In this document: positions 55,735 to 64,000 of the stretch, piece by piece
Layout: every line of letters begins with the position of its first letter
Numbering within the stretch: the first letter of the stretch is position 1
DNA from: Actinomycetota bacterium
Lineage (GTDB): Bacteria; Actinomycetota; UBA4738; CALAEC01
Length of the DNA stretch: 64,000 bases
Reading direction: 5' to 3'
Assembly: GCA_050692555.1 (NCBI GenBank)
Contig: JBOGVS010000011.1
Coordinates: forward strand, 8,241-72,240
Position numbers and translations under genes: made by a program
The notes under the pieces: generated by a model
What the model was told of the DNA's origin: nothing
The model's input: the letters and a program-made list of their open reading frames with translations, nothing else
Databases searched by the model: none

Positions 55735-56511
55735 GTGGAGTCGATCTTCGAGCCAGCCGGCCACGATCTCTACGTGGCCACGGAGGCGGCGCTGGGGCCG
55801 TGGTCGGACCAGGCGCTGCACGGCGGGCCCCCGGCGATGTTGATGGCCCGGGAGATCGAGCGCTTCCCATCCGACCAGGCCATGTTCGTCACCCGTCTGA
55901 CCGTCGACTTCATGCGGCCGGTCGGCAGGACGCCTCTCGCGCTACGGAGCAGGCTGGTTCGTCCCGGCCGCAAGGTTCAACTGGTCGAGGCCTCCCTGTG
56001 GAACGACGAGACCGAAGTGGCCCGAGCGACCGCGCTGCGCATCCGGCGCGCCGAGGTGGACGTCCCGGAGGTCTCCGAACCGCCTCCGCACCCACTGCCC
56101 GACGCGTACGGCGGGTGGACCGGCCCGTATCGCTCTCCCGCCTATCACCTTGACGGCGTGGAGATCCGGACGCCCCCCGAGGCTGGGCCCGAGGATGCGC
56201 CGCAGTGGGCGTGGCTCCGCCTGAGGCTCTCGCTCGTGCCGGGAGAGGAGCCCAGCGGACTGGTGCGCGTCTGCGCTGCCGCCGATTTCCCCAACGGCAT
56301 CAGCTTCGTGGTCGACCCGCGCACGATCGCCTACATCAACCCCGACCTCACCGTGTACCTGCACCGCCTGCCGGCCGGCGAGTGGGTGATGGTGGACGCG
56401 GGGACGTGGCTCCAGCCGCACGGCACGGGAATGGCGGAAGGGGCGCTGTACGACGAGGACGGCAGGATCGGCCGCAGCGTGCAGGGCCTGCTCGTCGAAC
56501 CGCAGTCCTGA
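55735..56511 (+). CDS. thioesterase-like superfamily protein (acyl-CoA thioesterase TesB-like, double hot-dog)
   Basis: 258 aa; general resemblance to acyl-CoA thioesterase II-like proteins. Weakest call in this operon. Confidence 0.5.
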   Translation: MESIFEPAGHDLYVATEAALGPWSDQALHGGPPAMLMAREIERFPSDQAMFVTRLTVDFMRPVGRTPLALRSRLVRPGRKVQLVEASLWNDETEVARATALRIRRAEVDVPEVSEPPPHPLPDAYGGWTGPYRSPAYHLDGVEIRTPPEAGPEDAPQWAWLRLRLSLVPGEEPSGLVRVCAAADFPNGISFVVDPRTIAYINPDLTVYLHRLPAGEWVMVDAGTWLQPHGTGMAEGALYDEDGRIGRSVQGLLVEPQS

Positions 56512-56531
56512 CCTCGGTTGTCTCTTCAGGA

Positions 56532-58271
56532 TCAGGCTTCCGCGGCCGTGCCCAGGCGCTCCTCGAGAATCCGCCGCGCTTCGCCCGCGTCTCGCGCCTT
56601 CTCGATGGCCTCCTCGACGGCCTCGATGCACTGCAGTCGCGTCAAGCGCCGTAGGGCGTCCTTCACCTCGGGGATCGCCACCCTGGTCATGGACAGCTCG
56701 TCGATGCCCAGCCCCACCAGGGCCGCCGCGACCGTCGGATCGCCTGCGGCCTCGCCGCACACGCCCACCCACGCCCCGTTCGCGTGTCCCGCCTCCACCA
56801 CGCGCTCGATCAGCGAAAGCACATCGGGGTCGAGGACGTCGGCGAGGTCCGCAACCGCCCCGATCAATCGGTCGGCCGCGAACACGTACTGGAGCAGGTC
56901 ATTGGTCCCGATCGAGAAGAAGTCGGCATGCTCGGCCAGCTTCCGGGCGGCGAGGGCGGCCGAAGGTACCTCGATCATCACCCCGACCTCGATAACGTCG
57001 AGGTCCGCCGCTTCCTCCTCCGCGACCTCTCGCAGGATCTCCCGCGCCCGGACGAGCTCATCGACGGTGGACACCAGCGGGAACATGATCGCCAGCCGTC
57101 CACCACCCTCACCGACCTCGCCGCGCGCGCGCAGCAGCGCCCGGAGCTGGTCCCGGAAGAGGTCGGCGCGCAGCAAGCTGAGCCTGATCCCCCGGATCCC
57201 TAGCGCGGGATTCTCCTCGGGTTCCCGGTCCAGGTAGGGCACCTGTTTGTCGGCCCCCACGTCGAGCGTTCGAAACACCACCCGGGCCCCCGGGAACGAG
57301 CGCAGCACTTCGGCGTAGACCTTGACCTGCTCCTCGACCGTGGGAGCCACCGTCCGATCCATGAACATGAACTCGGTGCGAACGAGGCCACTGCCCTCTC
57401 CCCCGGCCTCCACCGCAGCGGGGATGTGCTGGATGGACCCGATGTTGGCCGCCAGCTCGACCCGCTGCCCGTCGGCCGTGCGCCCGGGCTCGTCACGAAG
57501 GACTGCCAGCGCCTGCCGTCGCTGCTCCTCCGCCTGCATCCGCTTTCGGATGGCTTGTCGCTCCGCCGGTTCCGGGGCCACGATCACCCCACCGGTCCTC
57601 CCGTCAACCGCGATATCCGAACCGCCACCGATCGCCTCGAGCAGTCCGGGGCATGACACGACGGCGGGCACCCCCAAGGCCCGGGCGAGGATCGCGGCGT
57701 GGCTCGTGGGTGACCCGGTCTCGGTGACGATCCCGGCGATCAGGTCCGCCGGCATGCTGGCCGTCTGCGACGGCGTCAGCTCCTGGGCGGCGATGACGGA
57801 GCGAACGTCGGGCCTCTCCCCGGCCGTGCTTCGGCCCAGCAGGATCCTGACGATGCGGTCCCGCACGTCGTCCAGGTCGGTGGCTCTCTCGGCCAGGTAC
57901 TCGCTGTCGGACGCAACCAGGAGCTCCCGGAACGACCCGAACGCGCCGACCACGGCCCGCTCGGCCGACGTCCCGTCGCGGATGGCTTCGTCCGCCAGCC
58001 GGAACAGCTCCGGATCGGCGGCGAACTCCGCGTGGGCCTCGAAGATCTCGGCCTCCGCCGGTGCGGCGATCCCCTCGATGGTGAGCGCCAGAGCACGAAG
58101 CTCCGTCTCCGCCCGCTCTAGGGCGGACCGAAGCCTGGCCGTCTCGGTCTCCGGAGACCCCGAGGCTCCTTCCGGCAGATCCTCGGTGACCGGGGCTTGG
58201 GGTTCAACGACGAAGGCCGGCGCGAGCGCCGCGCCGGGCGCCGCGGCCCGCCCGGTGAGCGTGGTGCTCAC
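56532..58271 (-). CDS. ptsI: phosphoenolpyruvate–protein phosphotransferase (PTS Enzyme I)
   Basis: 579 aa; HAAILARALGVP active-site His region; PEP-utilising TIM barrel. Confidence 0.9.
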   Translation of the reverse strand: MSTTLTGRAAAPGAALAPAFVVEPQAPVTEDLPEGASGSPETETARLRSALERAETELRALALTIEGIAAPAEAEIFEAHAEFAADPELFRLADEAIRDGTSAERAVVGAFGSFRELLVASDSEYLAERATDLDDVRDRIVRILLGRSTAGERPDVRSVIAAQELTPSQTASMPADLIAGIVTETGSPTSHAAILARALGVPAVVSCPGLLEAIGGGSDIAVDGRTGGVIVAPEPAERQAIRKRMQAEEQRRQALAVLRDEPGRTADGQRVELAANIGSIQHIPAAVEAGGEGSGLVRTEFMFMDRTVAPTVEEQVKVYAEVLRSFPGARVVFRTLDVGADKQVPYLDREPEENPALGIRGIRLSLLRADLFRDQLRALLRARGEVGEGGGRLAIMFPLVSTVDELVRAREILREVAEEEAADLDVIEVGVMIEVPSAALAARKLAEHADFFSIGTNDLLQYVFAADRLIGAVADLADVLDPDVLSLIERVVEAGHANGAWVGVCGEAAGDPTVAAALVGLGIDELSMTRVAIPEVKDALRRLTRLQCIEAVEEAIEKARDAGEARRILEERLGTAAEA

Positions 58272-58543
58272 TCGTGCTCCGCATCGCCAAGCCCGGCCTC
58301 CACCAGCCCCACCAGCTTGGCCAGGACCTCCTCAGCGCCATCGCCCGTGGTCCGGATGAGGATCTCATCCCCCTGCCGGCAGTCGAGCGTGAGGACCGAC
58401 AGCACCGACTTGGCGTTGACCTCCTTCCCGCCCTTCACCAGCACGACGTCTCCGGAAGAAGCCGCGGCGGATCTCGCGAACACCTTGGCGGGGCGCGCGT
58501 GGAGCCCGCTCGCGTTGCGCAGCGTGACGGTGGCTTCAGGCAC
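58268..58543 (-). CDS. ptsH: phosphocarrier protein HPr
   Basis: 91 aa; NASGLHARPA (His15 region), KSVLSVL (Ser46 region). Confidence 0.85.
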   Translation of the reverse strand: MPEATVTLRNASGLHARPAKVFARSAAASSGDVVLVKGGKEVNAKSVLSVLTLDCRQGDEILIRTTGDGAEEVLAKLVGLVEAGLGDAEHE

Positions 58544-58549
58544 CCGCGA

Positions 58550-59569
58550 TCACCCGGGGACACCCCCGTGCGCTTCCTCCGAGGGAGCCGTGCCGGCGCT
58601 CAGGGGGCGGTGTCGATCGCTGCCCCGTTTCAGCGACCGCTCCGGATCGATCGGCTGAACGCGCACCTCTTCTCGGTGAAGGTCCCCCGGACCCGGAAGG
58701 GCAGTGCCCGGAAGCACGCACGCCGCGGCGCCCCACGCGACTCCTTCGGCCAGCGCCTCGGGACCCTGTCCCCCGGTGGCCAGGAACCCGGCCAGCAAGG
58801 CATCTCCGGCCCCCACCGTGCTCGATGGAACCACCGTGCTGCTCTCCGCGTGGACGGCCCCCGCATCGTCCACGAGGACCGCGCCGTCGGGCCCCAGCGA
58901 GACCAGGACGGCCCCCACTCCGTGGGAACGGAGCTTCTCGGCCGCGGCCACGACGTCGCCGAGCGTTTCGAGGACGCCTCCGATCACCTCGGCCAGCTCG
59001 TCCTGGTTCGGCTTGAGCAGGTCGGGGCCCGCGGGGAGCACCTTCGCCAGGGCGGCCCCGCTGGTGTCCACCGCGACCCGAACTCCGGCGCGGCGGACCG
59101 CCTTCACCAGCCGGGCGTAGAGATCGTCGGGTGCCCCGGGCGGGAGCCTTCCGCATCCGGCTACCCACCCGGCCCCATCGCCGGCTGCCGTGCGAGCACC
59201 CTCGAGCAGGGCCCGGACCTCGGAGCCGCTCAGGCTGGGACCCGGGGCGTTGAGCTTCGTCACCGTCCCGTCCGGCTCGACCACGGCGACGTTCGATCGG
59301 ATGGAGTTCGCGATCCGGACCGGGGCTACCTCGATGCCCAGGCCCAGGAGGAGCGATGCGAGCTGATCCCCCTCGAATCCGCCGAGAGGAAGGACCGCCC
59401 GCGACGCATGGCCGTTGGCCACCAAGGCGCGGGAGACGTTCACGCCCTTGCCGCCCGGATCCAGGTGGACGGCCTGGGCGCGGACGACTCCACCCCGGTG
59501 GAACGCCGCGACGTCCATGGTGCGATCGAGGCTGGGGTTGGGGGTCACGGTGACGACCATCGCGGTCAC
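58550..59569 (-). CDS. PfkB-family sugar kinase (1-phosphofructokinase / tagatose-6-phosphate kinase type)
   Basis: NPSLDRT...GGKGVNVSRAL...DTSG...GAGDALLAGF ribokinase-fold motifs. Confidence 0.85.
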   Translation of the reverse strand: MTAMVVTVTPNPSLDRTMDVAAFHRGGVVRAQAVHLDPGGKGVNVSRALVANGHASRAVLPLGGFEGDQLASLLLGLGIEVAPVRIANSIRSNVAVVEPDGTVTKLNAPGPSLSGSEVRALLEGARTAAGDGAGWVAGCGRLPPGAPDDLYARLVKAVRRAGVRVAVDTSGAALAKVLPAGPDLLKPNQDELAEVIGGVLETLGDVVAAAEKLRSHGVGAVLVSLGPDGAVLVDDAGAVHAESSTVVPSSTVGAGDALLAGFLATGGQGPEALAEGVAWGAAACVLPGTALPGPGDLHREEVRVQPIDPERSLKRGSDRHRPLSAGTAPSEEAHGGVPG

Positions 59570-60603
59570 GGCGCGATCACCACCTTCAGGCTCTCGCCGC
59601 TGGTCACCGCGTCGATGGCCCGCCCGACCTCGCCGAGCGGCAGCCGGTGGGTGATCAGATCCTCGACCGGGACCGCCCCGCTGGAGATCAGCGCCAGAGC
59701 TTCTCTGTTGTGCCGTGGGGCGGATCCGTAGGCCCCCAGGACGAAGAGCTCGCGGTAGTGGACGAGGTTGGAGTCGAACCGGATGACGGAGTCGTCCCGG
59801 GGCAGGCCCCCGAAGAGAGAGATGCGACCTCGGCGGGCCGCCATCTCCAGGGCCTGCTCCTGAGCCCGACCGACGCCCGTGGCGGTGATGACCACGTCGG
59901 CACCGCGGCCATCCGTCACCTTCCGGACCGCGTCGACGGGATCGTCGGTCGCGCCGTTGATCAGGTGGTCCGGCTCGGTGCGGGCCGCCAGATCCAGCCG
60001 TGTCTGGTTGACGTCCGCGAGGATGACCGTCGCGGCCCCGCGGGCCCGGGCCAGCCGGGTGTGGAGGCAGCCGATCGGTCCTGCTCCGAGGATGACGACG
60101 GCGTCTCCCTCACGCACATCGGCGATCTCCTGGCCGTTGATGACGCAGGCGAGGGGTTCGGCAAGGCTCGCGGCCTCGAACGGGACGTGCTCGGGGATGC
60201 GGTTGACGCCGTCGCGGTCCAGCACCCTGCGAGGCACCCGCATGAACTCCGCGAAGGCACCGTCGTACTGGTACCCCATGGACTCGAGGTCCTCGCAGAC
60301 CGTCTCCTGTCCTCGCCGGCAGAAGTAGCAGGCACCGCAGGGGATGGCCGCGATGACCTGGACCCGGTCCCCCGGAGACCATCCCTCCACGCCGGCACCC
60401 ACCTCGGCGACCTCTCCGGCGATCTCGTGACCCAGGACCCGAGGGAGGGAGATGTGGTGGTGGCCGTGGCGGAAGATCTTGGCGTCCGTTCCGCAGGTGG
60501 CGCAGGAACGTACCCGGATGGTGAGCTCCCCGTTGCTCACCTCCGGAACGGGGGCGTCCTCCACGCGAAGGTCGCCGGGTTCGTACAGACGGGCCACCTT
60601 CAT
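59566..60603 (-). CDS. zinc-dependent polyol(-phosphate) dehydrogenase, MDR family (GatD/sorbitol-DH-like)
   Basis: Start MKVARLYEP...; CATCGTD catalytic zinc site, GHEIAGEV, CGACYFCRRGQETVC structural zinc site, GAGPIGC. Confidence 0.85.
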   Translation of the reverse strand: MKVARLYEPGDLRVEDAPVPEVSNGELTIRVRSCATCGTDAKIFRHGHHHISLPRVLGHEIAGEVAEVGAGVEGWSPGDRVQVIAAIPCGACYFCRRGQETVCEDLESMGYQYDGAFAEFMRVPRRVLDRDGVNRIPEHVPFEAASLAEPLACVINGQEIADVREGDAVVILGAGPIGCLHTRLARARGAATVILADVNQTRLDLAARTEPDHLINGATDDPVDAVRKVTDGRGADVVITATGVGRAQEQALEMAARRGRISLFGGLPRDDSVIRFDSNLVHYRELFVLGAYGSAPRHNREALALISSGAVPVEDLITHRLPLGEVGRAIDAVTSGESLKVVIAP

Positions 60604-61046
60604 CGATTGGCCTCCTGCAGTGGGGCTCCCAGGATCGCCAACACGTCCTCGACTCGCTCGGCAGAGCGCAGGGTAGCCGCCTGCTTCGGGACGACGAGCA
60701 CCTCGGCCAGCCGGGCCAGGAGTCCGACATGCTCGTCTCCTCGCGCGGCGATCCCCACGCAGACGGTGACGTCCTCGTCCCCCCAGTCGACGGACTGCGG
60801 GAACTGCAGGAAGACGATCCTGGTCTCCCGGATCCACTTCCTGCTCTCGTCGGTGCCGTGGGGGATGGCGAATCCCTCTCCGAGGGCGGTGGAGATGCTC
60901 CGCTCCCGCTCCAGCATGGCGTCGACGTAGGGAGGCTCCACCGCTCCGATCTCCACCAGCACCTCCCCGGACTGACGCACCGCGTCGAACCGATCCGAGG
61001 CCTGCAACCCGAGACGAACCGCCTCGTGCGAGAGAAGGTTGCTCAT
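60600..61046 (-). CDS. PTS EIIA component, mannitol/fructose (EIIA-2) type
   Basis: GFAIPHGT...VCVGIAARGDEHV, the mannitol-type EIIA phosphorylation His motif. Confidence 0.85.
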   Translation of the reverse strand: MSNLLSHEAVRLGLQASDRFDAVRQSGEVLVEIGAVEPPYVDAMLERERSISTALGEGFAIPHGTDESRKWIRETRIVFLQFPQSVDWGDEDVTVCVGIAARGDEHVGLLARLAEVLVVPKQAATLRSAERVEDVLAILGAPLQEANR

Positions 61047-61049
61047 CGA

Positions 61050-61367
61050 CTATCCCTCGAGCGACTCTCCTTTCGTGATCGCTTCGACGATCCGGTCAAA
61101 GGCGGGGTCGCCGATGAACATGTCGAAGGGCACGATCACCTTGTCGGGAGCGACCTCCCTGGCCGTGGCTTCCAGCCCGCGATGACAGACGATGACATCG
61201 GCATCGGGCGGGATCCGCCCCACCGGGGTATGCCCCACCTCCACGTCGACGTCCGCCAGTCGCTTCCGGAGCTGGGTCACCAGCAACACGCTGCTGCCCA
61301 TCCCGGCCTCACACGCCAGGACGACCTTCCGGACGTCGCTTCCCAGGATCTGAGCCATCATGCCGGA
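61050..61367 (-). CDS. PTS EIIB component, mannitol type
   Basis: KVVLACEAGMGSS, the phosphorylatable Cys motif as in MtlA IIB. Confidence 0.8.
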   Translation of the reverse strand, partial: SGMMAQILGSDVRKVVLACEAGMGSSVLLVTQLRKRLADVDVEVGHTPVGRIPPDADVIVCHRGLEATAREVAPDKVIVPFDMFIGDPAFDRIVEAITKGESLEG

Positions 61368-62467
61368 GCAGGAGCGGTGCCCACCGTGGGTGCCGGCTTC
61401 TCCACCACCTCCTCCGAACGGCGGCCAGCCAGCCTCAGCATAAGGCCCGCCACCCCGAACGAGACGACCGCTCCGACGAACACTCCGGCCAGGACACCGA
61501 AGTGGTTCCCCGGGGGCGTCACGGCCAGGTAGGCGAAGATGCTTCCCGGAGACGGAGTGGCCACCAGGCCGGCCCCCGTCACCAGGAAGGTCAGGACACC
61601 GGACATCCCGCCGGCGATCATCGCCACGATCAGCGATGGCCGCATGAGGACGTATGGGAAGTAGATCTCGTGGATGCCTCCGAAGAATTGGATGATAATC
61701 GCGCCGGGGGCCGTGGGACGAACCGACCGGGGGCCGAAGAACCAGTAGGCCAGCAGCAGGCCCAGGCCGGGGCCCGGGTTCGTCTCGATCATGAACAGGA
61801 TGGACTTCCCGGTTTCCGCGGCCTCCGCCACCCCAAGCGGCGCAAAGACGCCGTGGTTGATGGCGTTGTTCAGGAACAGGACCTTCGCCGGCTCCACGAT
61901 GATCGAGGCCAACGGCAGGAGCGTGTTGTCGACCAGGAACTCGACGGCGTTGCCCAGCACGTTGGATACGGACTCCACCGCGGGACCGATCGCCAGGAAC
62001 CCCAGGATGGCCAGGATCCCCCCGAGGATCCCCGCGGAGAAGTTCCTCACCAGCATCTCGAACCCCGTGCGGATCTTCCCCTCGACCAGCCGATCGAACT
62101 GCTTGATGAGCCACCCCCCGAGGGGCCCCACGATCATGGCTCCCAGGAACATGGGGACCTCCGCTCCGACGGCGACGCCGGAGGTGGCGATGGCCCCCAC
62201 GACGGCTCCGCGTTGCCCGTGGACCAGGTATCCCCCCGTGTAGCCGATCAGGATCGGCAGGAGGAACGTGATCAGCGGCCCGACCAGCTCCTCGAGCCTG
62301 GCGTTGGGCGTCCATCCCGTGGGGATGAAGAAGGCGGTGATCAGGCCCCAGGCGATGAACGCCCCGATGTTGGGGATCACCATCCCGGCCAGGAATCCTC
62401 CCAGCCTCTGGATATTGGCCCGTACACCTCCTGAAGCGGCAGGCGGGGCCGGAACTGCCGTAGACAT
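61358..62467 (-). CDS. PTS EIIC permease, mannitol family
   Basis: GGFLAGMVIPNIGAFIAWGLITAFFIPTGW...LIGYTGGYLV...GPLGGWLIK closely parallels E. coli MtlA IIC (from memory). Confidence 0.85.
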   Translation of the reverse strand: MSTAVPAPPAASGGVRANIQRLGGFLAGMVIPNIGAFIAWGLITAFFIPTGWTPNARLEELVGPLITFLLPILIGYTGGYLVHGQRGAVVGAIATSGVAVGAEVPMFLGAMIVGPLGGWLIKQFDRLVEGKIRTGFEMLVRNFSAGILGGILAILGFLAIGPAVESVSNVLGNAVEFLVDNTLLPLASIIVEPAKVLFLNNAINHGVFAPLGVAEAAETGKSILFMIETNPGPGLGLLLAYWFFGPRSVRPTAPGAIIIQFFGGIHEIYFPYVLMRPSLIVAMIAGGMSGVLTFLVTGAGLVATPSPGSIFAYLAVTPPGNHFGVLAGVFVGAVVSFGVAGLMLRLAGRRSEEVVEKPAPTVGTAPAPA

Positions 62468-62557
62468 TCAACGCACCTCCTTGATCACTGCTGCGGGCGC
62501 TCCTCGAGCACCGGGCTCTGCCAGCGCTGCGCTAGACCCTTGTGCGTCACCACCCCC

Positions 62558-63316
62558 TCACGCCAGGACCACCTCCACTCCGGCGTCTTCCAGCGCGCGC
62601 CGGTATGTGGGATCCAGGCCCTTGTCGGTGACCAGCACATCGACCTGCTCGAGCGGAGCGAAGCGGACCGCGTCCTCTTCTCCGACCTTGGTGCGGTCCG
62701 CCAGCACCACCACTTGCTGGGCAGCCCGGCAGATCGCCGCCTTGACCGAGGCCTCGGCCGGGTCCGGCGTGGAGAGCCCCCGCTCTATGGTCAGGCCGTT
62801 GGTGCCAACGAAGGCGACGTCGAGCCGAAGATCGGCCAGCTGGCGCAGGGCCCAATCGTCGACCTGTGCCAGGGTGCGACCCCGAACCCGACCTCCGATC
62901 ACGTAGAGCTGGAGGTTCCGCCGGGCGGCAAGCTCCAACCCCACGGGCAATCCGTTGGTGAAGACGGTGAGCTCCTGGTCCGGGAAGACCTGCGCCAGGG
63001 CCAGGGTCGTCGTTCCCGCGTCCAGCATGACCGTCCCTCGACTGGGGATGAACGACAGGGCGGCTGAGGCGATCCGGCCCTTCTCCTCGGCCATCGCGGT
63101 GGCCTTCTCCGCGATGGCGGGCTCCGCGCGGAAACGCTCGATGGGGATCGCCCCACCGTGGACCCGTCGCAGGACGCTTCGCTGCTCCAGATCGGTGAGG
63201 TCCCGACGGATGGTCTCGGGGGTGACCTCGAATCGGTCCGCTAGGTGGGTGACGTCGGCCCGCCCGTTCTTCCGGACGAGCACTGCTATGTCTTCACGTC
63301 GCTCTTCCGCGTACAT
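62558..63316 (-). CDS. DeoR-family transcriptional regulator (sugar-phosphate responsive)
   Basis: Start MYAEERREDIAVLVRKNGRADVTHLADRFEVTPETIRRDL (HTH_DeoR); C-terminal DeoRC sensor. Upstream of, and co-directional with, the PTS operon. Confidence 0.85.
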   Translation of the reverse strand: MYAEERREDIAVLVRKNGRADVTHLADRFEVTPETIRRDLTDLEQRSVLRRVHGGAIPIERFRAEPAIAEKATAMAEEKGRIASAALSFIPSRGTVMLDAGTTTLALAQVFPDQELTVFTNGLPVGLELAARRNLQLYVIGGRVRGRTLAQVDDWALRQLADLRLDVAFVGTNGLTIERGLSTPDPAEASVKAAICRAAQQVVVLADRTKVGEEDAVRFAPLEQVDVLVTDKGLDPTYRRALEDAGVEVVLA

Positions 63317-63427
63317 CAGTCCAGTGTCTGATTGTGTCCGAGCCCGTGAGAGTCTGCCCGTTTGGGGATGCGAAGTCAAGTGACCGGGCGCATTCAGAAG
63401 TCCACCGAAGCGGTTAGGTAAAACAAA

Positions 63428-63470
63428 CTTGACATGATGTCAGCGTTGATGTACTTTCCATCATGTCAAG
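63428..63470. promoter_or_regulatory. AT-rich inverted repeat CTTGACATGATG–19 nt–CATCATGTCAAG (TTGACA –35-like hexamers on both strands)
   Basis: Perfect 12-bp arms in the only AT-rich patch of the window, between the deoR start and a downstream small-ORF/XRE region. Confidence 0.45.
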
Positions 63471-63669
63471 GATCTTTTACACCGAGAGGAGGGCAGATGT
63501 CGTTCGCCACCACGATGTGAGCGACGATCGCCGCGATGATGGTAACGACGATCGCCGTGATCATAGGCCTCACGTAGGCGATCTCGGCGACGGGGGTGTC
63601 CTGGTACCGGCCGAGGACGGTGGTGAAGTAGACCGCAGGCGCCGAGTTCGACCACTTCTGGATCGCCAA
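63466..63669 (-). CDS. small hydrophobic ORF (hypothetical; may be spurious)
   Basis: 67 aa, one strong TM segment MITAIVVTIIAAIVAHIVVAN; no family recognised. Confidence 0.2.
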   Translation of the reverse strand: MAIQKWSNSAPAVYFTTVLGRYQDTPVAEIAYVRPMITAIVVTIIAAIVAHIVVANDICPPLGVKDP

Positions 63670-63751
63670 CGCGCTCTACGCGGCGTTCATTCTCCAGGCC
63701 CTCACCACCTCGATCGTCAAGATCGTCGCCTATCGCAGGGGCCTGTGAGCC

Positions 63752-63979
63752 ATGGGGAAGCCGACCAAGGTCACCAACGCCATCCGGGCCCTGCGATTCA
63801 CCAACGGTGAGATGACCCAGGCCGACCTCGCGGAGCGAGTGGATGTGACCCGTCAGACGATCATCGCCATCGAGCAGGGCCGGTACTCCCCCTCGCTCGA
63901 GATGGCGTTCCGGATCGCTCAGGCCCTGGGGGTTTCGCTCGACGAAGCATTCCAGTACCCGGAGGAGGAGACATCGTGA
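63752..63979 (+). CDS. XRE-family (Cro/C1-type) HTH transcriptional regulator
   Basis: 75 aa; [54 protein letters not shown]. Confidence 0.75.
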   Translation: MGKPTKVTNAIRALRFTNGEMTQADLAERVDVTRQTIIAIEQGRYSPSLEMAFRIAQALGVSLDEAFQYPEEETS

Positions 63980-64000
63980 AGGCGATCGTCCAGGACGAGT

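Noticed and set aside
63463-63810. 115-aa plus-strand ORF rich in Asp/Arg/His upstream of the XRE gene
   Set aside because: It has highly charged low-complexity composition and no TM or family features. It is more likely non-coding leader DNA. A short plus-strand hydrophobic frame ending at 63747 lacks a start codon.

Overview
High-GC (~70%) actinobacterial chromosomal window. Genes are densely packed, with many 4-nt start/stop overlaps. No rRNA, tRNA, CRISPR array or transposase/integrase was recognisable. About 4.2–49 kb is a steroid (cholesterol-type) side-chain catabolic island. Eight 14-bp palindromes matching the KstR operator (TnnAACnnGTTnnA; here TAGAAC[AG][CT]GTTC[TC][AC]) sit in the promoter gaps between operons. 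The island carries an igr-like chsH2/chsH1/ltp2/fadE module, an ltp3/ltp4-like thiolase pair with two DUF35 proteins, 8 further acyl-CoA dehydrogenases, 2 acyl-CoA synthetases, a CYP125/142-like P450, a ferredoxin, an enoyl-CoA hydratase, a thiolase (FadA5-like), an aldehyde dehydrogenase, several SDRs, three luciferase-like (LLM) oxidoreductases and a kstR-like TetR gene. Inside the regulon, a LivK/HMGF-type ABC importer plus a secreted Thr-rich protein and a small membrane protein are translationally coupled to a fadE–ferredoxin pair behind a KstR box; this is a candidate non-Mce steroid uptake system. A 1403-aa class III cyclase – P-loop STAND ATPase – TM – WD40 receptor is transcribed divergently from a KstR-boxed operon. 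Left flank: partial glcD-like FAD oxidase, DHFR-family protein, LOG-family protein, thiI. Right flank: NarL-type two-component system whose kinase reads through into the response regulator via a one-base G-run indel; membrane proteins; a MerR-HTH–nucleotide cyclase; a cupin–RraA–cupin–thioesterase operon; a mannitol-family PTS operon with non-canonical catabolic enzymes (Zn-ADH + PfkB), ptsH and ptsI; a DeoR regulator; an XRE regulator. All calls rest on reading the six-frame translations and the DNA; no database searches were run.
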